This document shows positions 50,152 through 63,110 of a stretch of 64,000 bases of DNA, piece after piece. The notes beneath the pieces were generated by a model. It was not told where the DNA came from. It saw only the letters and a list, made by a program, of their open reading frames with translations, and made no database searches. Position 1 is the first letter of the stretch, and the number at the start of each line of letters is the position of its first letter. The translations under genes and the position numbers were made by a program. This stretch comes from Syncephalis fuscata S228 (Eukaryota > Fungi > Zoopagomycota): positions 1 through 64,000 of the forward strand of contig JAHLTZ010000037.1 of assembly GCA_025786725.1 (NCBI GenBank), read 5' to 3'.

Positions 50152-52128
50152 TTATTGTTGATTGCACTCTTGTTGTCGAGCTGTTCTCACTTGATCTCTC
50201 TGTACTCTTATTTGTTTAGGTGGTGGTGGTAATGACTTATTGTTACTATTATTAGATGATGATGGTATTGCTGTCAAAGGAGATAGTGGTTTTAATATAG
50301 GTGATGAATGAACGGGTATAGGTACATCAGTTGTAGACTCCTTAGTTATTGAGATATTTTTTGGCAATAATGGCTGTTGTAGACGATTTAATACAGATAC
50401 TAAAGAGTTATATGCCTCGAATGCTGCTTTATCTTCCGGTATTACAAATGATGAATTATATCGCATCCATTGTTGACCATATAGATTAATCTCCTCAATG
50501 ACTAATTGCAACCGAGTATTTTCAGCTGTTACTCGGCGTAGCTGTGATGCCGTCTCGTTAAGCTGAGTAGTAATTGAGCGTACTTTTTCGCTTTCTGCCG
50601 CTTGCAGTAGTCGTGTAGTACGTAATTCATGTCGAGCTACATCTATTTCTTCGGATAGTTGATTGACACGTAACTGTAACCAATGCACTAGTTCACTGTC
50701 CACAGCAACTGATCCACTATTTATACTTGTATCAGCGGAGAAAGCAAAATCGGCTGAATGTAGTTTTGGTGGACAAAGTCGTGGCTGTCGCTCAAGTCGG
50801 GCCACTTTTGCTTGTAGCTGTTGATTTTCACTCTGTGACTGGCCAAGTGCTTGTTCTAGTCGGCGTAAACGCTCCTCTTGGTCTGCCGTCTGTGCCATTT
50901 GTGTTAGACGAGAAATATGGCTACGCATACGTCCTTGTTGCTGTAACATCGCATCGTGGGCTCGTTTTAATCCACGATGATTTTCCGCCAACTGTTCATG
51001 ATTTTCTTCAAGCCGTTTTCGCCGGTCATCTACTTGTGCAAATAGTGTAACACCTGTGGCCATGCCTTCAGTTGATGCCGGTGTAATAAGTGATAGTTGA
51101 TCGTTTAACGCCTGTAATTGCACTTCGGCTGCTTCTAACTCACGCTCTTTTTCATGAAAACGACGTTTCCACTGCATATGCTGTTGATGGCGCTGTTCAT
51201 TCTCACGTAATAGATTTTGCGCCTCACCAAGTTGCTCGGTCAATCGAGTACGCTCTTCTCGTTCACCGGCTAACTGTTCCTCCAAAGCATTTCGTGATTT
51301 GCGTATTTGGTCTAATTGCTGTTCCAACTGCTGATTACGTTCACGTTCCGTTTGTAATGCCTCATCACTACCACGTGCATTTTGAGCTTCACGTAATAAA
51401 TTTGTTCGTTCTTGGGCCAATCGACACTTATCGTTGGCTAGTTCGGTCGATTGAATCTGTACTAAAGCAAGTGATTTTTGTGCTTTCTCCAGTTCTTCAC
51501 GTAATCGTATAACTTCTCGTGCATTACGTTCTTCCTGTTCTCTACGAAGAGCATGCGCTGATTCAAGCTGCGTTGAAAGATCGGATTGCGCACTTTCTAA
51601 ATCGAATACAAGTTGCGATAATTCCTCAACGCGTTCAATGGCTCGTCGGTGTACATCGCGCTGTAGGTTCATCGCTTCCTCGTCATCCTCGCCATCCTCA
51701 TCGTATTTTTTATTATCTTTTGTATTTATATTATTTAACGTATTAGATTGAGTATTTTCATCATTATTAGACGATTCGGATGAGTTTGACGTATTGCTTT
51801 GCACTAGCTGCTGCTCCAATGCCTTTTGCTTCTCATAGGCTTGCTTTAATGTCTTTTCATATTCTTCCTTCATTGTTGTATTTGATATTAACAGCTCCTG
51901 ACCCAGCTCTGCCGCCAGCTGAAGATTAGCATTACTTTCCCCCAACTGCCGATAGGCCGCACGCAAACGCTCACGCAATTCATCATTGGTAAGTCGTAGA
52001 ATACGCGGTGTAGGTAGTATACTATCTAAAGGCTCCGCTGTTTCCGGTGTGTTTGAGCCGGATACTGGCAATAGCGTAGCCTGACCCACTTTCTTAGACT
52101 TTGACTTAGTAGGTGTTTCCAACTCCAT
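50152..52128 (-). CDS. SPDL1: Spindly-like kinetochore dynein adaptor
   Basis: Long coiled coil; CC1 box LQLAAELGQELL; Spindly motif variant GVTLFAQVDDRR; C-terminal CAAX ECNQQ*; first ATG at 52128. Confidence 0.82.
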   Translation of the reverse strand: MELETPTKSKSKKVGQATLLPVSGSNTPETAEPLDSILPTPRILRLTNDELRERLRAAYRQLGESNANLQLAAELGQELLISNTTMKEEYEKTLKQAYEKQKALEQQLVQSNTSNSSESSNNDENTQSNTLNNINTKDNKKYDEDGEDDEEAMNLQRDVHRRAIERVEELSQLVFDLESAQSDLSTQLESAHALRREQEERNAREVIRLREELEKAQKSLALVQIQSTELANDKCRLAQERTNLLREAQNARGSDEALQTERERNQQLEQQLDQIRKSRNALEEQLAGEREERTRLTEQLGEAQNLLRENEQRHQQHMQWKRRFHEKERELEAAEVQLQALNDQLSLITPASTEGMATGVTLFAQVDDRRKRLEENHEQLAENHRGLKRAHDAMLQQQGRMRSHISRLTQMAQTADQEERLRRLEQALGQSQSENQQLQAKVARLERQPRLCPPKLHSADFAFSADTSINSGSVAVDSELVHWLQLRVNQLSEEIDVARHELRTTRLLQAAESEKVRSITTQLNETASQLRRVTAENTRLQLVIEEINLYGQQWMRYNSSFVIPEDKAAFEAYNSLVSVLNRLQQPLLPKNISITKESTTDVPIPVHSSPILKPLSPLTAIPSSSNNSNNKSLPPPPKQIRVQRDQVRTARQQECNQQ

Positions 52129-52533
52129 TAATAAAGCAATTTGAAAAAGAAAGCACAATATTGAATTTTAGTTGAGACAATACTAATGCTGTAACAAAAA
52201 CAGCCTTTTCACGCCATTTATTGCTGCCATATTTGGTGCTATCATCATATTTCTATTAATATTTTCATTTTAACGTTATTTTATTGAATTATATGCAAAT
52301 ATGATGTACCAGTATAGTACATGGAGAAGTAGTAAAATTACTTGTAACTTGCGCTGTCATGTAACATACTATAATAAGAATAATTCGTCAAAATAATATT
52401 TGTTTCAATATGCTGTTTATTATGATTTACATAGTATACTACTAAACTAGTCACCACAAGTAAATAGTGATTTATACGGCTGTTCTCTAGTCATATTTTA
52501 ATATACTGCTTAATCAAAATAATAAAGAGCAGC

Positions 52534-53536
52534 TTAATGCATTAGTCCAGACTTTGCAGTAACAATTTGAGATAAATTAAGAATATTATCGGTTTTTGGA
52601 TGATGATTGATCTTTGAATTTTTGCCAAATTTTTGGCAATGATTGATTAATATTGTTGTGACGACCACACTAACTATGTATAAGCTATATATATATATAT
52701 ATATAAGTATTTAACTGTTGTCACTTACCTATCTATAACAAAAAATGTATCAGCATTAACTTTGTGCGCATATACAATAACAAAAATGGAACAAACAATG
52801 TTGCATGTTGTGGCGAAAAACATTGTTTGTATTTATCGCGCACTAACCGTTTCCATGCTTCCGATCCAAATAGGCGATACTGCTTTAAAGCAACGTGGCA
52901 AAATATGGTTGAAAATAGTACGTTGATTGGAACATTAATTACAAACCAGTACCATAAAATAAACTGAGGATAATAAACTGCGCAAGCAACTTCTTTTTCT
53001 AAAATAATAAAACTATAATAAATTAAAATGAAGGGGAATGCGAGTTGCGTTATTATAACTGGAATGCTAATATAAAGTATCCATTTTTGTCGACAAAGTA
53101 CTAGATGGGCCTTCTGAAGCAGTATCAAGCTATTGCCAATCATCGTGAATGATATACTGAAGCCAAAAATCCATACCAAAATTCGGCAATTGATGGGTGA
53201 GTTGATGTACATAGATATAACTGCCAAAAGAATCATGCTGCCTAAAGCCGAAGGAATCAAACAGTACCATGACACTATGCTACAAGGCCGTGATATAACC
53301 ATTCTGCTGGCAATAACAAGGTTGCGGCCAAACATACAAAACATTACAACATCCACTACAAGCAGAACTTGTATACCAAACAACCGAAGGCGCTGTTCGA
53401 CAGTGTCGCCGGTGGCTTCCATAAAAAAGTCAAATATGTTCATTTCGCCAAGTGGATGAAGACGAGCACCCAATTGTTTTGTATTACTATTCATCCATTC
53501 ATTGTAATCTGGACTAGTATAGTTAATGAATGGCAT
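52534..53536 (-). CDS. Putative 7-TM (GPCR-like) membrane protein
   Basis: Five hydrophobic helices in ORF 52733..53536; +1 A at 52832-52834 adds IQTMFFATTCNIVCSIFVIVY, then a GTAAGT intron and VVVTTILINHC..., giving 7 TMs; Cys before TM3 (INCR) and in loop 2 (ACAVYYP). Confidence 0.7.
52687..52704. repeat. (AT)n microsatellite inside the intron of the 7-TM gene
   Basis: tatatatatatatatata. Confidence 0.85.
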
Positions 53537-54899
53537 TATGTACCGATAGTATTTATATCAATAACAAAGCATATAATAGCGAACGGGTTAGCACAAAATA
53601 AAAACATTGGCAAAACAACTAAAAGGCTATATGGAACCTTGTAGCATCTTTGTGGCTATCAAATTTTGATTATGGTATTAACGAACCAGTGAGCTATTAC
53701 AGTAAACCTGTTATTCATGTCAGAACCTGCTCCATAAGTTACACTGATACTAAACTGAGTAGAAGCATGTAGGGTGCCCGGTTCAAAAGCATAGAACAAT
53801 AAACGTACCCATGCATTTTAATAAAGCATAGGCCTCGTCGATTAAATAGCGTTAAAATGAAATACAATAGCATTACAAAGCGATGAAATAATTTGGTATT
53901 ATAAAGCTAATAGAATTAAGCCAAAGGTAAGCATATCAGCTGATATTTGTGGAATATACAAATATATTATATAGTAATTTATAATCAAGGGAAATAACAG
54001 TGTGATAGAAATATCATGCGGCTGTAACATGCAGCAATAGTAAAAGTGGGTGGAAATAACAAATGGCAATTTAAACATAAATCGATTTAATCGACTTTTT
54101 AATTTAGCGAATCAAGTTTGTAACAGATGTAAAAAGAGCATTAGAAAATATGACAACTATCGAATCAAAGCGTAAAATAAATAACGCACTCAATGCCAAT
54201 CCTGTGGTATAATGTGGAATCGCGATATAATGGCTGCTAAGAACATACATGCTGTTTTTATATACAGCAAGAAGTGATGATGATAGTCCAATTGAATTCA
54301 GACGTAAAATCAACCAACCATCAGGTTCTTAATAATGCGACTGATATGGCTCTTTTGCATCCCTCCTGGTTAACTCCAGTAAGTAGAATTCAAGTTATTC
54401 AAGTATTTGACTAACGTCTTGTTTATATTTGTTGCTATTTGGCAAGCATAGAGGTGACATGTAACAATCTAAAATATAATCTAAAATATAACTCAACTTC
54501 GATCTATTCAATATCTAATTATTAAACCATGTATACACGCTGGTGTATAATATCACGAGCAGTCAATTTCGTCAAAGAAATTTATATGTATTGCGTGGTA
54601 GCTGATTAAAAAGGGAAATAACAACACATGATAGTTACTAGAATTGAAGTTTTGATTGAGCAAAAATCGAATTACTAGTGACTTCTGTTTACTTATCACT
54701 TTTTCATAGTACTATTTTGAAAATCTTTCTTAGATATCCTGCTTGACAATCTAAAATGGCATCTAATGCATGCCAGTACCACCAAGTACTTATTCGAAAT
54801 GTTTTATCTTATATACGGTATCGCATTTTTTATTTGCTTTCTATCGACACTTTCTATACAATTGAGCTATACAGTATTTTCAACACGGCAGTTAATTAA

Positions 54900-56744
54900 A
54901 TGATGATAGCAAAACAAGCACAACAATTGGCAACCGCCACGCTGTTGTTATTTTGTTTAACACAGTACTTTGGCGTAGACAGTGCCAAAACACATAAAAA
55001 TGATTTTCATACAAAACCTCACTCCCACCATCCCTATATTAACTCTAAAATCACCGGCAAACCATTTTATGTAACACCTTATTATGCGCTTACCGGTGTT
55101 AAAGTATTTCACGCCAAGGGCTTCAAAGGAAAAGGCGTGAAACTTGGAATTATCGATAGTGGTATTAATTTGCACGCTGATGCATTTAAAGGAAACTATA
55201 ACTACACTCGCAAGCTTGTGTCTATGAGTTATAAACAAGTTGAACGTCCATCTGAATGCAATAATCGTGGTATAGGTTTAGCTGGTATTGCCGTTGCGAA
55301 ATCCAGATACTTTACTGGAGTTGCGCCCGAGGCAACACTTGGCACTTATCGTGTATTTAGCTGCACAGGTCCAACCTCAAGCTCAATAGTGCTGAAAGCT
55401 TTGAAAACTGCAGTATATAATGATGAAATGAAAATTATTGTATTACCGGAAATTGCTATCGTTGATGAAAGAAGCATCGAACTGAGTAAAACAATAGAAT
55501 ATGCTGCAAAACGAGGTGTGATTATGATTGTTGCAGCAACAGTCAATAATTTTGTAAATCAGAAATATTTTTCATATCAAGGTCTTCCTGTATTAAGGGT
55601 CGGTGGCGCTAAACAAAAGTATCGGCTATCACATTGGTTTGAAGAAAAAACAACCGGTCGTCGTATTGAGTTTACGTCTTCATGTTCAAACATGAAATAT
55701 AACTTTAACAAAGAAGTGGATATTATTCCTAAAAAAATCAAGGGCAAATTAAGCGAACATCCTACTGGGCTTAAAAGAGGAGACATTGCACTTGTGTGGT
55801 ATGATAAATCAAAAATGTCTTATTTGTTAAAGTATGCCAAAGCAATAGGAATGGCTGGACTTATCATTGTAAACGGCCCTTCTAAGGAAAAAAAGAATGT
55901 GGTGTACCCTTATTCGATATTAATGAAAGCGATGCTTTATTTATAAAAACTGGTTACAAAGACAATCTTGGATACAAATACATTTTTGCAGAAAAGTATG
56001 GCTACATTAAGGATGGTAGCATTACTGTCGATACGGCTGGACCGCAAAGCAACCATTTATACTGCCATTCTATCCTGACATCTTGGCACCAAGTTACAAA
56101 ATATACACTGCTACTCATAGCAGAAAAATGGCTGATCCTTATTTTAGCGATATATCAGCTGCCGTTGCTTATGTTGCCGGTGCAGCTGCATTGATAGTTG
56201 GATTTAATCAAGATAGTTCGATTGACGTTAACTCTATGAAGACTATATTACAAAACAACGCAATTCCAGTCAAAGATGACAATTCAAATGGTTATGTTTC
56301 TGTAGAATATCAAGGTGCCGGCATGATTAAGCTTACCAAATTAATAGAAGCTAAAAACATCCATGTTGAACCATTGGCAATTGATATGGGAGAAAATACT
56401 TCTGGCTACATAGTGGACGTACCAATCAAAATCTCATCTCTTTCTGGCACTGCACTTTCTTACAAGATCTCGCATATTCCAACTGCTGGAGTTCGAAAGT
56501 CAGCATTTAAGAGCTATATATCGAAATCACCCGTAACTGCAGCCGTTTCCTTTCCAGGATCTATTAATCTACAACCAAAGCAAAAAGGCGAGATTATGAT
56601 ACAAATTAGTGCGCCGACGAATATACTACAAAATGAAACATGGTCATATTCCGGGTGTATTGTACTTGATCCTAATCCAAGATTCGATAAGCCACCATCA
56701 ACCGTGCTGTTTTTATTCCATACTATGGAACAGTTAGAGGTTAA
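54900..56744 (+). CDS. Secreted subtilisin-like (S8) protein with PA and Fn3-like domains, catalytic His lost
   Basis: Signal peptide; GKGVKLGIIDSG; GVAPEATLGTYRVFSC; PDILAPS; SAAVAYVAGAAAL; SVEYQGAGMI; YSGCIVL..IPYYG; three frameshifts (~55890, ~56060, ~56712). Confidence 0.82.
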
Positions 56745-57098
56745 ACAGCTTAGATATAAATGATATTTAACACTGTTCTGTTATTTTATTAGCATTATTG
56801 TTTTCATAATAAATTAGCTAATAAAACATATTAAAACTTACTTCTACTTTTTGACTATTGTATTTAACACAGTGTATTTTCTGTATATATATATATTTAA
56901 ATATTTTAAAAATCTTTAGACCTTTATTCTATGGATTAAATAAAATATACCAATTGCTTAGTATGTTGCGTACCATTTAACATATTATCCTGTACACATA
57001 TATTTTATGCATACAAAATAATGGTAAATTTAAACTAAAATATTTTAACATATAAACATAAAAAACCACTACACATTGCACTTCAAACTATTTTACTC

Positions 57099-58992
57099 AT
57101 GGAAACTGTTCAGGAGACTAGCGACGTGTCCTCCGATCAGCGAGACAGTCTACTGAGGGAAATACAGCACATAGCGTGCAATCTAACACCCTGTATAAAC
57201 GAGATTTCCACTGGTAGGTTCCCACTGAAGAGTGGAGAAAGATAGTTATAGCTCAATGGCATTGTAATAGAAATAGAGACATATTGGACGAAGCTTATTC
57301 AGGCAGCAGATCGCTTCTTTCAAGTAAGCAGCATATTGTAAATGGTTTTTATTAATATAAGGTAATTTAATGACTATAGTGTAGCTTAGTCGATGACAAG
57401 GATACAGCATCCGCTATAGTCGATATCATCTATCTATGTGCAGCTTATCAAGATGATACTAAGCCATGGGCCAATTTATTTACCAAGGAGAAATCGCACT
57501 GTAGGTCAATAAAGTCATAGCAATAGTAAACACCAATAACTTATAGTAATGTATAGTATTATTAAATAGCATATCTCAAGTAATGACTACTCAATCTACC
57601 GAATCTACTATTACGCCATTACATCAGCTTATTCGCTGCTATGCCATTCGCTTGGTTAATGCTAGATTACAACAGTATTTTACCACATCAAAGCCATTAA
57701 ATAATTGGGATGATCTGGATGGGCCAGCATGGAAATCAACGGCACCAGAGTGCATACCAGTTATTGACTGGCTATTAGTGAATCTGAGTAATGTAAGTAG
57801 TATTTACATGTTTACTGGTCATCTATTCTAAAGCTGGCATTAGACGGATACAACTGCTAGTGGCAATCAAAGGGAACTGGATGACATTCTAAGACGTATT
57901 CTACCTTTGATACTTACTATTATGAATGATAGTGATTTACATACTATAAAGCATGGCTTAGATATGCTAGTACGAATAATGCACTCCACTAGTCCTAGTA
58001 TGATATTGCGCACAGGTCTTGTTGAGGTTTTATACGAGGTAAGCTCTGAAATAACCACTTTGTTTTACAAATACTTAGTACCAAATAGACTATCCAACAA
58101 AAACTTTTGTATCGCGGACATGAACCCGACGAATTAGCGCTAATGATGGCCGCCATTGGTGCTATGCTAATCTGGTCACAGATGTATCAATCATGTAATG
58201 ACAATCCATCTGGAATAAGTGTAGCCATCATTAGCGGTCGTCTTGAAATGGCAATGCGAAATGGGCCATTACTGGCTATTCGTTTTCATGGTGAACGTAA
58301 AGATGTAGCTGCATCGGTGTTTTCTACAGCCACACCATTAATACAACAGTTAGATTTATTAAGTGTAAAATTTCTTGAGGTAAATATAGTAGTGTTTGCT
58401 CTTGTCATTTCGCACAGCAAGATACTGATCAAATATAGGCATTAATACCATTTACTTGTGACTGGATAAAAGCACCACCAGTAGGTGTAAGCAGATCGGC
58501 ACTTGATATACAATTGATGGCAGTCAAGTTTGCATGTACTCTAATAGATACATGCGAACCAAGGTAAGAAATAGCTAACGATGGTATTGCTATTCACTAA
58601 TAGTGTATATTTAGAATTGTTTATTATCACGGCCAGTTATTAGTAGCAATGGCAACTGCATGGCAACAGTTGGAAAAGAGCTCCCAGGGTGCTTCAGATA
58701 CTCTAGCAGGTATATAATTACTTAACAGTGATGTTATATAATATTTATCAATTGAATAGATAAGACACCATTGCGTACAAATCTACAAGCCGCAGTCAAA
58801 TTGCTATATACCGCTTGTAAAGCAGATTCACAGGCTACGGTAGGCAACAATAATAATAGCCATGTCCATACAATTATATATTAATCCTATCAATACATCT
58901 TATAGGCTGATCGTACCGCTATTGCTGCTCTAGATGATAATCCGACAACAAATGCTCAATTTCGTACTTTACTTTCAGATACAAGTGTATAG
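57099..58992 (+). CDS. TTI2: TEL2-interacting protein 2 (TTT complex, ARM-like repeats)
   Basis: Spliced: KPWAN..AWKSTAPECIPVIDWLL..ILPLILTIMNDSD..KHGLDML..LRTGLVEVLYE..KFLE..CEPRIVYYHGQLLVAMATAW; about 9 exons. Confidence 0.75.
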
Positions 58993-59067
58993 CATTTAAC
59001 AACTAAATTTGACTTATTGCCATAATGTAACACTGGGCTATTTACATATTGTTAGTACATTTTAATG

Positions 59068-59095
59068 ATTTTAGTGATTTTAGTGATTTTAGTGT
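59068..59095. repeat. Short tandem repeat (GATTTTAGT)x3
   Basis: gattttagtgattttagtgattttagt upstream of the F-box gene. Confidence 0.85.
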
Positions 59096-59171
59096 AATTG
59101 ACATCAAATAATTTATAGTAAAAAAAGACGCGCTAAACTTAATTGCATTTTATTAATTTATTCTTCTTATC

Positions 59172-60716
59172 ATGTCACAACTAAGTACATTACCAGTTGA
59201 GCTTATTGAGCTTATTTTGCACAATTCCTCAGTGGAAGCGATAGAAGCATTAGCGGCAACCTGTCGCTCTATCCGCCGTATTGTTCTAAATTATGACGTG
59301 GAATGGCAACGGCTTTATCATAGCTTATTTGCTACGGATACTGAACAAGGAGAAGAGGCCATTTGGCTGACTCAGACACGTAATCAGCTACAATCGCAAA
59401 AGGTAACATCTTTCTGGTGGTGTCTACTATTGAGACGGCACCGACTTGAAGCCTGTTGGCACGGCCAGGTCGGTAAAGGTTTAACGAGCCAACTGAAGCG
59501 GAATCTCCCATTAAAACGCCCACCCAAAGTTAGGGTATTTACACGGCCTGATTGGACCTTAGTCACAAATGGACGCAAAACATGCTTAGTCAACTCGGTA
59601 TCGTCAAAACTATACTGGTTACCTGCAAGTGCAGCAGTTGTTGATACAAGTAATACGGCAACTAGAAACAGTCTGAAAACTGCTAAACGATTAGAAAGAG
59701 TGGCCGAAGATGACGATAACAATTTGGCCAATATGTGTATTCGAGCCATAGCACTTACCGATAAATATGCTGCCGTTAAAGTAAGCTCAATTAAAGGTGG
59801 ACATGGTCGACTACGTGTATGGCGTATCGCAGATCGTAAAATCATTATTGATCAAACAAGTTGGAGCTATTACGACACGATGGAAATACGTGGCCGATGG
59901 CTTAATTACGCAGAGGATTTAAATACCGCCACTCAAGGTCGAGATAGACTTGTCGTTTTAGACTTGGAGGCATCGTCTACGTCAAAACAAATGTATCGAC
60001 ATCGATCGCCAGCCATGGGCATGGAAGCACATTTACAACGAGTTAATTCAACAGATGCATTGTTATTTCATAATTACTATTTGGGCCGTACGCATTATTG
60101 GTGTACCTATTATATAATAGCCGGTGATAAAAGTACTACTAAACATACGATGCCCTTGCCGCATACACAAATATATCCAGGACACGCCACTTGTATTCGT
60201 GTAGAGCAACATGCTAATGATGATAGCCATGACGATGGCCGTGTTCTAGTATATGGTCGAGGTGATCATCGATTTGGCTTTACTACGTGGGTATCAGTAC
60301 TACAACTAGCTGATAACAAACTGCTATGGGAGCAAGATGTAGGATTTACACCCTCAATAGAAGGCATTGATATTCAACAAGTAGGCGGTAATCGTCTAGT
60401 ATGGCCATTTGGACAACAAGCTGTCAAGATATTGGATTTAAATAATGGCAATATATTATACCACACTATGCTGAGTAATCGATCTATTATCTCTATGATA
60501 GGACACCCTGTAACTGGATCGTTAATGCTGCTTGCTTTAATGAACGCACCCAATGACAAAGATCAATGTTTAATGTTAAATGTTCAGAATGGACAACTTA
60601 TAGAAGGGCCTACAATAGATCATACAATATCTAATAGGAGAACCATTCTGGCTGCCACTACTACACATTTAATTAATTGGGATGGTAAACAGTTAGAAAT
60701 GTACAGATTATCATAA
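59172..60716 (+). CDS. F-box protein with beta-rich (propeller-like) C-terminal region
   Basis: LSTLPVELIELILHN..IEALAATCRSIRRIV..WQRLY; LRVWRIADRK, LVVLDLE, VKILDLNNG blade-like motifs; intronless. Confidence 0.85.
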   Translation: MSQLSTLPVELIELILHNSSVEAIEALAATCRSIRRIVLNYDVEWQRLYHSLFATDTEQGEEAIWLTQTRNQLQSQKVTSFWWCLLLRRHRLEACWHGQVGKGLTSQLKRNLPLKRPPKVRVFTRPDWTLVTNGRKTCLVNSVSSKLYWLPASAAVVDTSNTATRNSLKTAKRLERVAEDDDNNLANMCIRAIALTDKYAAVKVSSIKGGHGRLRVWRIADRKIIIDQTSWSYYDTMEIRGRWLNYAEDLNTATQGRDRLVVLDLEASSTSKQMYRHRSPAMGMEAHLQRVNSTDALLFHNYYLGRTHYWCTYYIIAGDKSTTKHTMPLPHTQIYPGHATCIRVEQHANDDSHDDGRVLVYGRGDHRFGFTTWVSVLQLADNKLLWEQDVGFTPSIEGIDIQQVGGNRLVWPFGQQAVKILDLNNGNILYHTMLSNRSIISMIGHPVTGSLMLLALMNAPNDKDQCLMLNVQNGQLIEGPTIDHTISNRRTILAATTTHLINWDGKQLEMYRLS

Positions 60717-60830
60717 ATAAACAGTAATGCTAGACTTGTGTTATCTTATTCGAGTTAGATACATCGATTTATTAACCTGAACTATCACTCATTTAACACC
60801 GTGCAGTAACACGTAAGTCATTGAGCAAGA

Positions 60831-61991
<1,161 letters not shown>

Positions 61992-62468
61992 GGTTGAGGT
62001 GTAAATGTAGCAAGATTTGGAAGGTAGTGTGATAAAAGGAAGATTGAAGTGTGATGAGTGCAATGACGTGCATCTCAACTAAAATAGTGTGATTCATACT
62101 AAATAACATTAATAACACTGACACTAGCACTGGCAATATTAACAACATTAAACATTAATAACAATTATTATTGAATAGAAGCTACTGTACCTTGACTCTT
62201 ACATTTCTATTTATCCATTTCATTCCTTCACTTGTAAATACAACTAAACATTCATTTATCACTATAACATGCATAATATTACATCCAACACTAATTGATT
62301 CATGTGTAATTATCAATATAATGATGTAATTAGTTGTCTTTATTATTGCTTTAATATATATATTGTCATTATGATATTAATTGTTCAAAATGCCATTTAT
62401 TTAGTCAGATTGGCTATAGGAAAATGTCTGTTTAATAAACAACTTTTATAATAATTATATTAATATTG

Positions 62469-62837
62469 ATCTTACATCACAAATATGCCCAAAATACAAT
62501 AGTAGAATATTAGAAAATAGAAAAGGCTATTCAGATGCAACAGTCCATGTTGTACATAGATGCAATAGCAACAAATGCAAAATGACATGAAATCAATCAT
62601 ATGGCTTTTATTAATATTCGATCAATCTTTCTACACATGGCCAACAACAACAATGATCAACCTCAAATATTTCAATGGAATCAAATAGTATGTTACATTA
62701 TTTATTTAAATGTTTAAAATAGCAGCTACTGATACGATGCTCCGTTACATTTTATTTTATGAAAATAATAATGTTACTATATTGCATTAGTGTTTATTGT
62801 AAATGATGATTTAAACATAATTCAACTATTCAAATCA
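62469..62837 (+). repeat. Dispersed repeat family A, copy 2
   Basis: Colinear direct copy of 36302..36723. Confidence 0.9.
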
Positions 62838-63110
62838 CTACAATTGATTGCGTAAAATGATTTGCTGTTTTGGTAGATTAGATATTAACCAAAATGTTTA
62901 ATGTTTGAAACACAATCGCATTAACGCGCATAATGCACGCCTAAACACTGACAGGCGTGTGTGTAAACCTTTCTGTTTCCATCTCAGAAACACAACTACT
63001 TGTCGTATTACTGTTATTAGCCAAGTTCACTTACTGGTTAACACCACTTGAATACGCTTTTCCTTGTTCTTCTTCTTCTTCTACTCTATCTTGCGGCTTT
63101 GTTTAGAATA

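Noticed and set aside
49114-51746. Antisense and alternate-frame ORFs over real genes (e.g. 49114..49650, 50727..51746; likewise 9566..12475, 45352..45645, 59384..59845)
   Set aside because: Shadow ORFs of longer, motif-supported coding sequences.
53770-53790. GGTTCAAA T-loop/B-box-like motif suggesting a tRNA
   Set aside because: No complementary T-stem, acceptor stem or cloverleaf.
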